From contig CAJVPI010000019.1 of assembly GCA_910592345.1 (NCBI GenBank), positions 1-64,000 on the forward strand: a stretch of DNA of 64,000 nucleotides, given 5' to 3'. Positions 11,956-25,326 of the stretch are shown piece by piece (the stretch's first letter is position 1; each line of letters begins with the position of its first letter). Source of the stretch: Paraglomus brasilianum (Eukaryota). A program made the position numbers and the translations under genes. Under the pieces are notes generated by a model that was not told the DNA's origin, did not search any database, and saw only the letters and a list, made by a program, of their open reading frames with translations.

Positions 11956-12723
11956 ATGATGCAAGACCAAGACGAAATCAGACCCACTTCTTCCCCTGGG
12001 CCAAACTCCCCCAACAAACGTATCGTCGAGTTGGCGAATGTTCTATATCAAGTTCTGTATCAGCACAATCCTGAAATTGTAGAAGGCATTGAAGGGCTTA
12101 TCGAATATTTTGTGGAAGAAGTGTGGAAACAAGGATTAATACAGCAATTGAGGATGAAAGAAGATGAAAAGACTAGACTAGCAGATGATGAGATTGCATC
12201 GAGAGTATGCGATATAGTTAAAGACGATTTTCTCACTTTCAGCATTTGTGAAAGTGAAAAACATTGTCTGGAAATGTGTAACGAAATTACAAAACAGTGG
12301 AAGATATTCATTAATTCGAACCCCGCTTCCGATTCAGATTTTGTCATCAACTCCGATTCCGAATCAAACTCTGATGATGACGACGACGACGACGAAGCTT
12401 CCTACGAACCAGGCACATGCGTACTCTGTCACCGTCACATGCCACTCACTTTCCATCACTTGATCCCGAAGAAAACTCACAAGAAGGTCCTCAGAAAAAA
12501 GCTTTTCACGAAAACAGAGGTCAATACACGTGGAGTAATGATTTGTCGACAGTGCCATTCCGCTTGTCACCGATTAATCCCTCATGAAAAGATGGCGCTC
12601 GAATATAACACACTGGAGAAGTTGAGAGAACATGAAGGGGTGGCTAGGTTTGTCGATTGGGCCAGTAAGCAAAGAGAATACGAAAGCACCCATCATCTGA
12701 AAAAACTAAGGTATGCAAAATAA
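11956..12723 (+). CDS. Intronless HNH-like zinc-binding protein (YisB-like family)
   Basis: 255-aa ORF: acidic linker, then CVLC-x-MPLTFHHLIPK ... ICRQCHSACH ... ALEYNTLEKL...FVDWASKQ. Confidence 0.8.
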   Translation: MMQDQDEIRPTSSPGPNSPNKRIVELANVLYQVLYQHNPEIVEGIEGLIEYFVEEVWKQGLIQQLRMKEDEKTRLADDEIASRVCDIVKDDFLTFSICESEKHCLEMCNEITKQWKIFINSNPASDSDFVINSDSESNSDDDDDDDEASYEPGTCVLCHRHMPLTFHHLIPKKTHKKVLRKKLFTKTEVNTRGVMICRQCHSACHRLIPHEKMALEYNTLEKLREHEGVARFVDWASKQREYESTHHLKKLRYAK

Positions 12724-13338
12724 CAATAAACAATAATAACAGCGGGCGGAGAATGCATACGGGAATCGATAGACCGTTAGCTGCTTCTGTTCGTTTAAGT
12801 CTACAAATATTTTTAAGATAGAGTCACTCTTGTATTAGTATGCATTTAATAACTCCGCATAATAATAAATTCGTCATAATTTGAAAATCAAAAATCACGT
12901 GTTCATTAAACGTGCCTCACATGTTCAGGAACTGACGTTCCAAAATAGCTATCGTGTTTAAAAAGGTTTAAATTTACTTCTTCAATCTAGTAAGGTATCC
13001 CTTTTTTCAACACCACGTTTTATGATACACAGTGGGTGTTAGCCATTCCACGCTGCAAATTCTGTTATAGAGATTAGAGCTCCCCATTATAAAGTCATTC
13101 TTGTTAGCTATCGCAGTTGGTTGTATTATTTGATATCAAACAAAGTTGAATGCGCAGTCCCATCATTGAACTGATAACTTGGCTATTGTTTTTTGGCAAC
13201 GTTTATGCGATCTAGGCAAACAATAGCAAATGCAACATACTCACCGGGATTAAAGTTTACAAGTTGTCCATTGTTAAAGTCAATAATCATTATTTAGTGA
13301 TCCTGAATCTCTATTTATGTGTGTACTATTTACATATG

Positions 13339-14082
13339 CGTGGGTGGATCAAAAAGTTTTTGCCTCTCGTTTTACGGGCTGAAAATATTATACTAATCAA
13401 ACAAAAGCTCAGGTTCTGATCTTCAAACCAAATAAAATTTGGTTTGTTTTAAATGGACGGTTGTTGAGATATCGAAACCACTGGCTCGAAAATCACGTGA
13501 ACAATACCGATTCTACATATCTGTTGAAATGGCACGACGCGATAGATGTTAGTAAAATTAATGCAATATTAATGAAGTCTTGTAGGCATAATGCACTAAC
13601 ATTATGCGCAGTTTGACAGCTGATTAAAAATTTCAATGATGGAAAAAACTACTTGGAAAACGACCCTTGATCCAGAAGACCTTTGCAAAGCAATTTAAAA
13701 ATCGTTGAAAATATCCTCAATATGCTTAATAAAAAGAGATACGAAAGTAGGTGAGCTTTGAAGGTACAATTACAATGTGCTACAATGCTGTGCCTCATCG
13801 CACTAAGAATATGGGGTTTTTTGAGTCGAATTATTGCTACGTCCATCCTAAGCCTATATATAACGTCATGTAAAATTTTTAAAAATCTGTTTAGGGCTCT
13901 TCATATTCAGGCAGTTGTTGATAGTATCCCACAAGAGAAATATCATAAGTCTTTTGAAAGAGGTTACAAAAATCTATAAAGGTAAGAGATGACTATTTTG
14001 AAGAAATAGCTTAGTTGGTTTTAAAATTAATGTGTAGTTTTTCAAATAAGCCAAGCGGCAAGAGCTTTTTGATCCACCCACG
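13339..14082 (+). mobile_element. Internally deleted mariner-type element
   Basis: TIR cgtgggtggatcaaaaagtttttgcc / ggcaagagctttttgatccacccacg with TA on the right. Internal C-terminal transposase remnant IPQEKYHKSFE...DYFEE* at ~13905-14010. Confidence 0.8.
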
Positions 14083-15442
14083 TACTCCCAAAGCATCAGA
14101 AAAAGCTTCAAATGTTCTTAGTCTAGCGCGATTTCTAATAGAGTGGTCTTCCAAGGACACATCTCTTCAATAGTGTACCTACAGTATTCCTGACATACAC
14201 GTAGTGACGTACATGCCATTTCAACTATCTTATTGACCATTCAAGTTCAGGATACTATCCCTACAGTAAAAATTAATTATATAACCGACCTTGAGAATTT
14301 TGTCAGGAAGTACAATAAAATAACAACTTGACTTATAATAAATGCTAAAGAGTAGGATTGAGGGGAAAACAGCTGGTAAATTTACGATTAGAAAATAACG
14401 CAAGTTGACTGCATAATCGTATTATTGTGTATGTTATAAATAATAAAACGGTTTTAATATTACGTGTTTATAACTGAGAGTCTGTTATTAATTATGTAAT
14501 TATTTGATTATTTGACAACAAAATACACGCACATCCCTATCGAGCTCGTTTGACTCCGAGGAAACGATATGATAGTTTCGAATACGAAAGCTATCACTAT
14601 ATCACTTATGAGAAATTGTTGACGTATGTAAGATATTAATATTAAACCTTATTTAGAATTGCTAATATCTGACCAAAGATAGCTATTAATAGAATAACAA
14701 TATTATTAATAGCAACATGCAGTTTGTAACAAAAAAAAAAGATATATTTTTAAATCAATATTACTCAGTAACCGCTTGTCAATTTTACAGTATGCCAACT
14801 GGTTTGAATAACAGCTCATAATACATGTATATGCTCGCTCAATAATTAGTCATATCTCCGTTTTATCAAGCCTATTAAATTAATAAGAGTTGCCCGTTTC
14901 CATAAAATTTTTTGGCTTCCGTTTCTCAACATCTTTAACAATACTCCAAAGATTTCTATTGATTTTTAAGCCATAATTGTTAAAAGAAAAAAAGGATTCA
15001 ATATTTCTCAAATATAATAATAGCATATAGAAACGACTCAAAATTACTTGAGCAAGTAAAATCAACATCAGTATAGTAATACCTATACTCGTAAGGCAGT
15101 TTGTGCATATATACGCATGGAACGATGTCTCAATCCAAAACTCGTTTAATTCATCTGTACGGTTACACATCAAATGTTGTATATCTCATAAATAAAACAG
15201 CTCACGTTTGCAATTACCAACAATGTATGTCGATATACATAAAGATGTCGGTTGTCTCATAATAGTGAGACAAATGAAAAGAAGTTGTCTCGAGAATGTG
15301 AACACGTGGCGTCGACCTCAAATTGTTCAAATCTCAAACACGTGATTTATCAGATATGTCATATTAATATAAACGCCAAAAAAACTCTAAGGGGGAGTTC
15401 CCTGAAATCCTCCGACTGCAGAAATCGCCTCGTATTCGAAAA

Positions 15443-17978
15443 ATGCCCAACGCTACTTCAGCAGTTACCTCTACACAAGCAAACGGTCACGCTTCTCCGC
15501 AGCCTTCCAAGAGGTCCAGTAAAAAGAACAGAAACAGGTACTCAGCTAGCAATAAAGTCGAAAACGTTCAAGGTGACAAACACGGTCAAGAAGTTCCGAC
15601 TGCATCCGTCGATAAAGACGTAAACGGTGTAATTGACACCGAAACGCCTGTTCTCGTCGGTTCATTAAATGGTAGGAATGATTCTTGTCAAACATCACAA
15701 AGACACAAAATTAAGAAGAATTCATTGGAAATTGAAACTGAAAATAATCCCCGGTTTTGCTTACCTGAACTAGAGTCTCCGGTCATACCACCTGGGAATG
15801 TTGACAATGGGTCAGACCCCGCTAATAAGAACAAGATACCATATGTTGAAGTAGTTGCAAAGAGGTTACGAGCTGAGAAAAAAAGGATGGTAAGCATTTC
15901 ATTGATTATTAGGGAGTATATACAACATATCTAGACGGTCATACAATAGAGAGTGGAAAGAAAGAGGAGGCATATTCTGTTTTTACCTAATTAATTCCAA
16001 GCTTATGGCCATATATTGCGCGCTGAAATGCTACAACTTTTGTGTATTGACAGAACGTTATACTGATTATTGTGTGTATGCTCAACATTTTTTATCTTAC
16101 ATAGCTTAAAATTGAAAAAGCGGAAGCGCTCCTTAACTCTGGGCCAGAGGGAAAATCGAAACTTCATGCCGAGCAATTACAGAATTTGGAGAGGAAAAAC
16201 GAAGTTTCGACAACCATCAGAATGTTTGAGGAAGTGCTACAGAGTATGGCTGTGATTGAAGCAGAAGTATGAACACTTTTTCAAATATTTATCTGATTAG
16301 GGAACTTTTCTAAACTGGTCTAAATTGTCACACTTCTTAGGAAATGAAGAATAAACAGAGAGAAAAGAAGGCTCAGGAAGCTGAACGTGCACAGGCTATT
16401 GAGCAAGCTCTGAAAGAACAAGAGGCAAGTCTCATGAAAATTCACTCTCGGAATGACGCCAAACACTTCTGACATTAATTCTTATTTAATATGTTCTTTG
16501 TTCAGGCGAATTATGCCGAGTCTTTGATAATTCTTTTACAATTCTTTCGCCTTGTTCATTTCACCCAAATGGAGTTTGTTGCATTATCTGAAAAAGAGAT
16601 GAACGTCGTTGAACATTTCAGAGAACTTCTCACCAATAAGGCGGCGGATTCTGTTGAGGAGGAATTACGGCCAACAGTAATCAATGAAATCATGACACAC
16701 GTAAGAAAGTTGAAAGACGGCGTTGATGAAGTCATAACCAGAGTTGAATCAAGTGAAACAGAAGTTGAGACTTCATCTGGAATAACGTGTAAGTAGGTCA
16801 TTATATGAATGCCAATTTCTGTTTGACCGTACTTGACGACATGTATGACATTTCCCGTATAGACGCAAACATTCACGCCTGGAGTGTGAATCCTCCCATA
16901 GAAGAAGACCCTGAAACTTTTCAGGAATCGGCGAAATTTCAGACGGAAGCCGATGTAATTATAGAATATGACGGAACAGGTATATTCGGATAATTGGTAT
17001 GACGATCAGCTTTGCTGCAATACTGATATTACTTTGCTTCGTAGCTCCGGAAGAAATTTCTGCGGTATCACTAACAAGTGAAAATGTTCAACAAGGTATT
17101 TATCGTGGAACCCTCGCATGTTGGTTGTTGAAGTAAACCAAATGTTAATTGTTTCTTTTCTATAGTGCAAACAGTAGAGATAATGGAAACCGCAATGACT
17201 AATGCCATTATTCACGAACCGACTGACAACAGTCACGAAGCCTCAGTTCCAATAGACACTGTAGTTTTAACAGATCGTTACACAGTCAACTTTTCGACAG
17301 TGGTTCAACCTCTCAACGAACACAATTTATTCGCAAGTCGGCCTGAGGAACCTCAGACCACAACCGCTCCAGCATCGACTGTCGAAGAACCGATTAGGGC
17401 GCCTATCAACGGTAATGAACAAGAGGATGCATCTCATGATGCACAAAGTCAAACTCAACCCAATGCTTTACCGCAACAACCTGTAGATGGACGCCCAGGA
17501 GACCAAGGTCGTCGACACTCTCATCACCAACGTAAACGACCATCAAGATTACAATCTCAGCGTGGAGATAGACATTATAATACCCAACCTTTATCGCCTA
17601 GTAGTCATTCAAACTCTAATCAGCTACAAGGGCAAGGCAACTTTTCCCAACAAGTTGTTTACCCAGGGGTGAATAGAAGTGGTTTTCGTAATAACAATTA
17701 TCGTGGAAATAGAGGGGGGAGCGGGGGTGGGGGTGGGGGTGGAATCAGATTCCAAGATGGACAGGGTTCACGCAAAGATGGTGGATATCGAGATGGTGGA
17801 TATCGAGAAGGTGGATATCGTGGCTCGGGACGCGGAAATCCAGCACGAAGTCGAGATAACAATGGTATGTAACTTTGTCCCGTGTTTGCAATTTCGAAAT
17901 TTATCCTGTTCGAGTTTGCTAACAGATCAATATTTTAAAGAAACCCGCGCAAATGTTAGAAATCGGAGTGGTCAATAA
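15443..17978 (+). CDS. Caprin-like / RGG-box protein (coiled-coil N-region, low-complexity RGG C-terminus), about 8-9 exons
   Basis: IPYVEVVAKRLRAEKKRM|LKIEKAEA...KLHAEQLQNLERKNEV resembles the caprin HR1 N-terminal motif. C-terminal NYRGNRGGSGGGGGG...GGYRDGGYREGGYRGSGRG. Splice sites maintain the frame; one GC donor at 16425. Confidence 0.65.
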
Positions 17979-18264
17979 ATAGTTAGTTGAGGAGAGCATA
18001 TTGTAAGTGTAGTATTACCGATGAACTAAAATGAACAATCAACCCTTGCAAGCGTCTTTAAAAGAAAGCTTGTATTAAGAGTGGACATAATGTCAATTTA
18101 TGATCCTATAATCTTTCTGTAAATAAGCTTTATTTCTCTTGATGAGGAAGAAATAAAAATTTCGGTTGCACTGTGTTTCGTTGCACAGTACTACCATGAT
18201 CGTTGTCTGCGCATGAAATTATTCTAGCCTTCAAAGGGGTACACACACGCATTTGTCTAGAACA

Positions 18265-20707
18265 ATGACAGAAATTGAACGGAATATTGTCCAGCAGGAG
18301 GAAATTGAGCAAGCCTCTCTTGTAAATCAGACACAACCGGAACCGGAACCGGTACAAGAACAAGAGCCGTCACCGGAACAGAAGCAACAAGCTTCAGAGA
18401 AATCGCAACTTGTAGAACAAGAACTGCCAAAACTCCGACCAGCCCAAGAAAGTCCGGAATCAGCTTCGACACCGTCCCATTCTCTTGAAGAAGCACTTTC
18501 TTCGACTAATTCTGCACCTGCACAGCATCAAGTCAATGGCAATGCCACTAATGAATCACTATACGATCACCCAACTACATCTGCCGTCTCAACCGAGTTG
18601 AAGGGGAAAGGAAAGGCTGTTGATTTAGATAATACGGTCACGAATGCGTCAGATACCACAGCTACTTCTCCGTCAACCACACCGGCTAAGGTGTCAAAAG
18701 AGTCGACAAAAGACTCTGTAGCCACCGAATATCAGCTCAAAGCCCTCGAGTGGTTTGACATTCGTGCACATAAACTCAGAAAGGTGAAAATTATCACGCA
18801 GAACGGTAAGATTTATGGGCTTCTCGGTTGTAGACTATCTTGCGAATAGTATTTCGAAAGTATGGTACCTCTTCATTGACTCGTTGAAGACAAGTACGGT
18901 CCGGTCAATGTATCTCGAATTCTATAAGTCTGAATAATATAGTACCGATCCGTTATCACTCTTATATTGACTTTTTGTATATTTTAAACGTAGAAAACGG
19001 ACCATGTCCACTGTTGGCGCTCTGTAAGTTTTCTTGTTATTCTATCAAATCATATGGTCATGTTTCAAGATGATCTTAGTCATCTTATTCTTTATTTTTT
19101 CTATACATTCTCCTGTCGATCATGTTCATCACGAAGGTAATGTCCTTATACTACGTAATGACATAGAGATACGGCCATATGATCGACCTACCGTGTCTTA
19201 CGAGTATTTGGTAGAATTACTGGGCGATTATCTCCTGAACGTGATACCTCAGAACGAGGCCGAGGTAGATTTATGACAAACTTGTTTTTTCCATTCAATA
19301 TTTTTAAACCACGGCTTACTCATTTTTGCACGCTTTTATCGCGGTTAGATACAAGCAGAAACATTTGCAGCATTAGAATCAAATCCAAAGAGTGGAGAAA
19401 CAATCGGTGCAAATAATGTAGACTCACTATTAAGACCATCTCTGCACGACTATCAGCACACGCTTCATACTGCACTCTCAATAATCCCCTCCTTGCAAAC
19501 TGGCTTGGATGTCAATGTTCGTTTCAACTCAATCCATGGTTTCGAGCCAACTGCAGAATTATCCGTGTTTGATATTTTCAACGTAGGTTTAGTTCATGGA
19601 TGGGTCGTTGACCCGCAGGAAACGGATTTTTGGGATGTTCTAGTTGGAAAGTGTGGAAGTTATAATCGAGCAGTAGAATGCGTGGTTCGCGGAGATCACT
19701 TGGGAAAAGGTGTGGTGGTTGAAAACGTTGACAGATCAAGCGGGTCAGACTATAGGAAATTTACTTCCGGTGACACATTGGATGCTAAAGATAAAGAGAC
19801 AGTCAGAGATGGTAAACTACATCGAATAACGCACATATATTCATAATGCTTAGTTTTCCTAATGAACCACTATACGACTAACTCCTATCGTCCCATTGTT
19901 TTTAGCCTTTGTAGTTTCTCAATTCCTTGATAGAACTGCTACCCAGCTCACCTATCATGGTCTGCTAACATTATCAGAAACCTTAAAACCCGGACATTTA
20001 TATGCACTCTTCCGGAATAATCATGTGAGTCTAAAGTTCAATGGTGATGGTTACACGTGACACTACGCGTGTCTATTATGTAAAGCTAATCTGGGTGTAA
20101 TTTGTTCTCCCTCCACACAAGTTTTCCACAATTTATAAACATCCGCAAACTTTGACACTCTACACACTCGTGACAGACGCTAGTTTTGCCCACGAGAGAT
20201 CGATTGTTTGGGAGTCGCTCAGAGATGTCGACCAGGGTGCCTCAGAGTTTGTTAATTGGCAGTTTGAAGTAGCTGAAATTAGTGGCGGAGATTATGTTGA
20301 TGTGAACAATGAGACTAGCGAGAATATTGGCGGTGGCGATCAAGAGTACGTAACTATATACGAATGAAGAGAAAACAAACTCATTCCGTACTATATCCTA
20401 TACACCACAAGTATTTACATTCTCTTTGTTTATTCACAGTTATGCTCTAGCTTTAAGCCTTCAAGAAGAAGAAGCTCAAGAAGCTGAATTCCACAGACAA
20501 CAGTTGATTCATAAAAAACGTCAGCGAGAACAAGAGGCCCTGAGGCAGCAACAACTACAAGCACAAATACAAAGTCAATCCAGGAAAGACCAACAGAAAA
20601 GCAGTACAGACAGTGGTTCTCAAGTATCAACGGGCAGTTCATTCACCACTGCGTCATCAGCTGAAAAGGAAAAGAGGAAGAATAGGAGAGACTGTATAAT
20701 CTCTTAA
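18265..20707 (+). CDS. MINDY-1/2 (Miy1-like) K48 deubiquitinase with C-terminal MIU-like motif and CaaX box
   Basis: IITQN|ENGPCPLLAL|CNVLILR (catalytic Cys), GLDVNVRF, LVHGWVVDPQ, ATQLTYHGL, LFRNNH|FSTIYKH, LYTLVTD, IVWESL, YALALSLQEEE; ends CIIS*. Confidence 0.92.
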
Positions 20708-21131
20708 TTATAGTTATTTATTTTGTGAATAGGAAGATGACGTGTATACGATGTAAAATACAAGATATCGGGCTATGTTGTATTATTTAGGGAATTTCTT
20801 CGGTATGAGTGATGGCAGGACTTTGCGTCTCCCCTACGATTTTGGACGACTTTGATTCATGTAATATATAATAAGTTATGTTCTTATTCACACTAGTAGA
20901 GATTTCTTTAATACTTTTCCAAGTAAGCGTACCACAATAATATATTAACAACGTCACATGACTATTCATGGCAATCAATAGCTTTATAAAATGTTGCGTT
21001 TTTTTATTTGTCATGCTTATTTTAATCCGGCAATGGTTCGGTTGTCGTTATTTGGCTTCGACAAACCATTCCCCCAAGCTGTACAACCATTTCTTTACAA
21101 TCTTTAGAAGAATATTATCCAAACGTGAAAC

Positions 21132-22867
21132 ATGGAACTAAATCTCTTTGTAGCTTATACTGCATTATGTATTATGGCGGTGCTTCCCATATATTATGGG
21201 TCTTTTGCAGCCATAAAGTGGCCGAAGGTGAGATGGCGGACTGACTATTATGTCCTGTCGCGAGAGAATGGAGTTGATTCATTCTGTCATATATTCTATG
21301 ATACCACACTGTAAATAAATATACATCTCTTATCTACTTGTCAAGTGGTAACTTATATCCGTTTTGGTCTCTACCTGTTGTTTTCTAATACAGAAACGTA
21401 AAACCAAGCCACCATCTGCAGCCCAGGAAAGCGATTCTTCGTCAGAAGAAGAATCTGTTACCGAATCGCTGTCGACACACGATGCGTATATGTTTCCCTT
21501 GATCGGATCCGGAGTGCTATTTGGATTGTATTTGGTATTTCGACTCTTTAATAAGGAGTATGTCAATTACTTGGTTACCGCATACTTTGGCTTCTTGGGT
21601 ATTGCTGCCACTACTACCGTCGGCATATATATCGTAAAGAAAGCCGGTGGTGTCAAACTGGATCCATATAAAATCGTTGTAACTAAGAAGGCTAAAGGTA
21701 TGAAATTTTAACCAAAATTATGTGATAGGCGCTGATTTTCTAACATTGCGTCTAATGATTTCACCTTTTCACATAGAAATCTATAGATTTAGTTTCTCTA
21801 CTGTACAGCTTGGAGTAGCTGTGGGATCGGTGGTTCTCACGATATATTATGTATTGACCAAGAACTGGATTGCTTCTAATATTCTGGGACTTTCCTTTGC
21901 ATTTAATGGGATTCAGATGTTATCTCTCGATTCATTTAAAACCGGAATGACCCTGTTGTCTGGGTTATTTATCTATGATATATTCTGGGTGTTTGGCACT
22001 GAAGTTATGGTAACCGTGGCCAAGAGCTTTGATGCGCCCGTTAAAGTTTTATGGCCCAAGTACTTGTTTGGTCTAGGGAGCGACGCCACAGCTGAAGCCA
22101 CACAATTTACCATGCTTGGACTAGGCGACATTGTCATACCTGGTAAGAGTTACATGTATTATTTAATGTTTATATTTATATTTAAATTTTTGTCTCATTG
22201 AATATAAAATAATCTTATACTGTATGTATTTGTTTCCTAAGGTATCTTTGTCGCCTTATGCCTTCGCCTTGATCATACTCTCTATTTGAAAGAGAATCCA
22301 AATGCACATAGACACTCTAAGTATCCAACATTATATTTCAAGTCATGCTTGGCTTCATATATTGTCGGACTTATCACAACAATAGTTGTAATGCATACAT
22401 TCAAGGCAGCTCAACCGGCGCTTCTTTATCTGTCACCAGCATGTATACTCTCGGTCTTACTTACTGGTTTGGTCAAAGGTCAATTGAATGCTGTATTTGA
22501 ATACTCGTCTAAAGAAAATGAAAAGAAAAAGGACGATTATACAAGGTCTGATAATGCAAAGAAATCAAAAGACGGTGATAAAAAGAAGAAGAAGAAGAAA
22601 AACCCCAAGCCCAGTCCAGTAGTGAAGACCGAGAGTTCAAGTGAAGGCAGAGAGGAAGACGCCAAAGACGATGATAGAAAAAAGAAGAATAAGAAAACTC
22701 CCAAGCCCAGTCCAGTAGCGAAGACCGAGAGTTCAAGTGAAGAAGACGCTAAACTGAAACCTTCCGATAATGGAGATGGACCTGGGGCTGTAACTGGCGA
22801 AGAAGATTACGTTGAAGTGACATCAGCACGGAATAGAAAGAGCAAGAGATCGCATAAAAAGAAATAG
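21132..22867 (+). CDS. Signal peptide peptidase (GxGD aspartyl intramembrane protease, HM13/Ypf1 family), 4 exons
   Basis: LFIYDIFWVFGT (YD), MLGLGDIVIPG, AAQPALLYL (PAL motif); Lys-rich tail. Confidence 0.94.
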
Positions 22868-25326
22868 AATAGTAATAGTGATGCGTCATTGCGAGCAGGA
22901 ATGAAATATGCAGCGTAATATTGCAGTTGCAAAAATCGTCCCATCATTTTTAAATGACAGAAAAATTTTAGAACTGTATAAATGATTGGAGATCATATGA
23001 GGTCGATGAGTAATATTAAAAAGATTAGGGTTCGGCGACTCTCACTCTTTCGTTGAATGAATTGTCCAAAATTATTTAGATACGGCTTGTGAATATACTG
23101 CACGTATAGACAATAGTATTATTGCTTGATCAGAAGAGGAACATAGACGCTGCGCTTAAATCGTAACTACAACACGTTATGTCATAAATGTTACTATTGT
23201 GGCTATTAACTTACGCTTTTGCAATCTAGATCCTGTATTCTGCTTATTTAGCTTTGGCAGATATTCTCCTCTAGCTTAATCAAGTAAAGACTATTCAGTT
23301 GACATTTATCCCATACACTTGTTCTTGTGAACGTTGATGTCATAATACGAAACGCGTCATATTTAACGATTCCGACTTGTTATCTTTTGAAAGTTCTCGA
23401 TAAACAGAATCCACAACTTATTCCCGCCAACAATCATGTAAGTAGCCTGATCAGCATTCCTACCCGCTTTGGCATTTTCGAATATAATTTTCGCTTTCTA
23501 CTGAGGCAATCCCATAAATGCAGTCATCGTAATGCGCGGGCCTATTCTGCTCCAATAAAGAGCTGTATTGTAAACATAACAGGAAAGGTTTTGCGAGTCG
23601 ACTATTTCCATTAAAGCTCATGCATGCAATAAGAATCTAGCCATATACATAAAATGGTTATCATAACCCGCGGGCATGTATCCCAAATTAGTTTCTACAG
23701 AAATTTGGCTCAGGTACATCAACAATCACGTGTAATTTATGCCCAAAAATCGTAAGCATCAATTTTCACGGACAACTTCAGATCATACTTCGCCATCAGT
23801 GGATTGAACTTTTAGCCAGAGTTTAATAATAAAATATGCATATATAGTTTCCAAACCCGCATGTGATATTGGCTGCGAAAAATCTGGAAAAGCAAGGTCG
23901 AGCCAATAATGTGTACTCCCAATCTAGTATGTATCGGTAGTGCTTAAGACATCGCTGAAATTCTTTCATTACTATCTACTGAGTCCTTAGTAGCCAAATT
24001 AGGACCAGGTTAAAAACAGAATACACGTTGTCCATGACTTGACTTTGGAAGGTTCTCTGGGCGTCATCAACCTTTCTTCGAGAATGTAATGCGTATTTCA
24101 CATACGTTGAACAATCAGCTGAACATTAATATCCAATCTCGTTCACTAACGCAATAGTGATTGAAGTACATCAGATCCCAAACGACGAACTTTCAGTGTT
24201 TTAATCAGAACTGTGAGATCCCTTTGCTGTCATTCCGCTATATAGGATTGTAACGGAGCAACAACCCAACGAGAAACCGCTAAGCAAACCTGCTTATTTC
24301 AGCGTAAAGATGTGGTAGCCAATACTACGGTCTAAGAAGAACAATGTGTTAGTGGATACAATATAGGAGCGGTACAATGGATTAGATCAGCAATGAAAGA
24401 CATACGTTTGTTTACGTCTCGCTCCTATATATTGCTCGGGCAATGCAATTGCAGTGATTACGTAGTTGTCGATTACCATGATCGTTTCAGTAACATGTCT
24501 TTAACCATATGACTAACAAACTTTCGAATATTACAATTACATCAACTCCACGAAAATACAAGTTGTATTTAAATATCGGATCTTATATTATTTGGAAGTA
24601 GAAAACAATGCGATCCACAGTATCCCATCTTGGTTTCTGCCTTTCCTACTTCTTCCATCCATCTTCGACTTCCAGGATATAAATTATTGCTGGATTGCCT
24701 GACTACGATTATGTCAATTTGACGAATTTAGGTCAAGGGGTAGAGAGCCAAACAAACGAATCAGAGATAATTGATTATGGGTTGTCTGTCCATTAATCGA
24801 CCTACTTGTCGTCGCCATAGCTGCCTCTCTGATACGCTATAATAATAATACCGCTGTACCAAGCACGACGCGACGTGATCTAAAGAACAGGGCATCTTAA
24901 CACTATGAGTGTTGTTCATACGTTAGTTTGGTAAACATACTTTGTTACTATCTGATCATTGTCTCTACCTGACATAATTACGCTATGCTATTGTTCAAAG
25001 AAACTCTTAGCTTGTGAGAAATTCTTGTAAGCTGACGAGCACTGTGCGTCTAAAAAGTCAAATTTTACTAACTCAAAACACGAAGAAGTGAAATTTCGAC
25101 GACGCGTTTTAACGTAACACAACACTAGGCGCCTGGGGATAAAATTTTGACCCGAACCTCGTGTTGCATTTCTCTACAGACCCCACCACGTAAACTGTAT
25201 ACACCTTTAGCGTTCAGTCGTAGATGTAACTAATAAAGGAACGCAAAACTCCATCACATAAACTGCTTTAACGCACCTTTTTCGCCTATTATCTTATCAC
25301 TCTTTTCAAATATGGTTCAAGACCCA

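Noticed and set aside
24359..24434. Short hairpin caatataggagcg / cgctcctatatattg as an ncRNA
   Set aside because: An 11-13-bp stem alone is insufficient; no tRNA, snRNA or snoRNA signatures.
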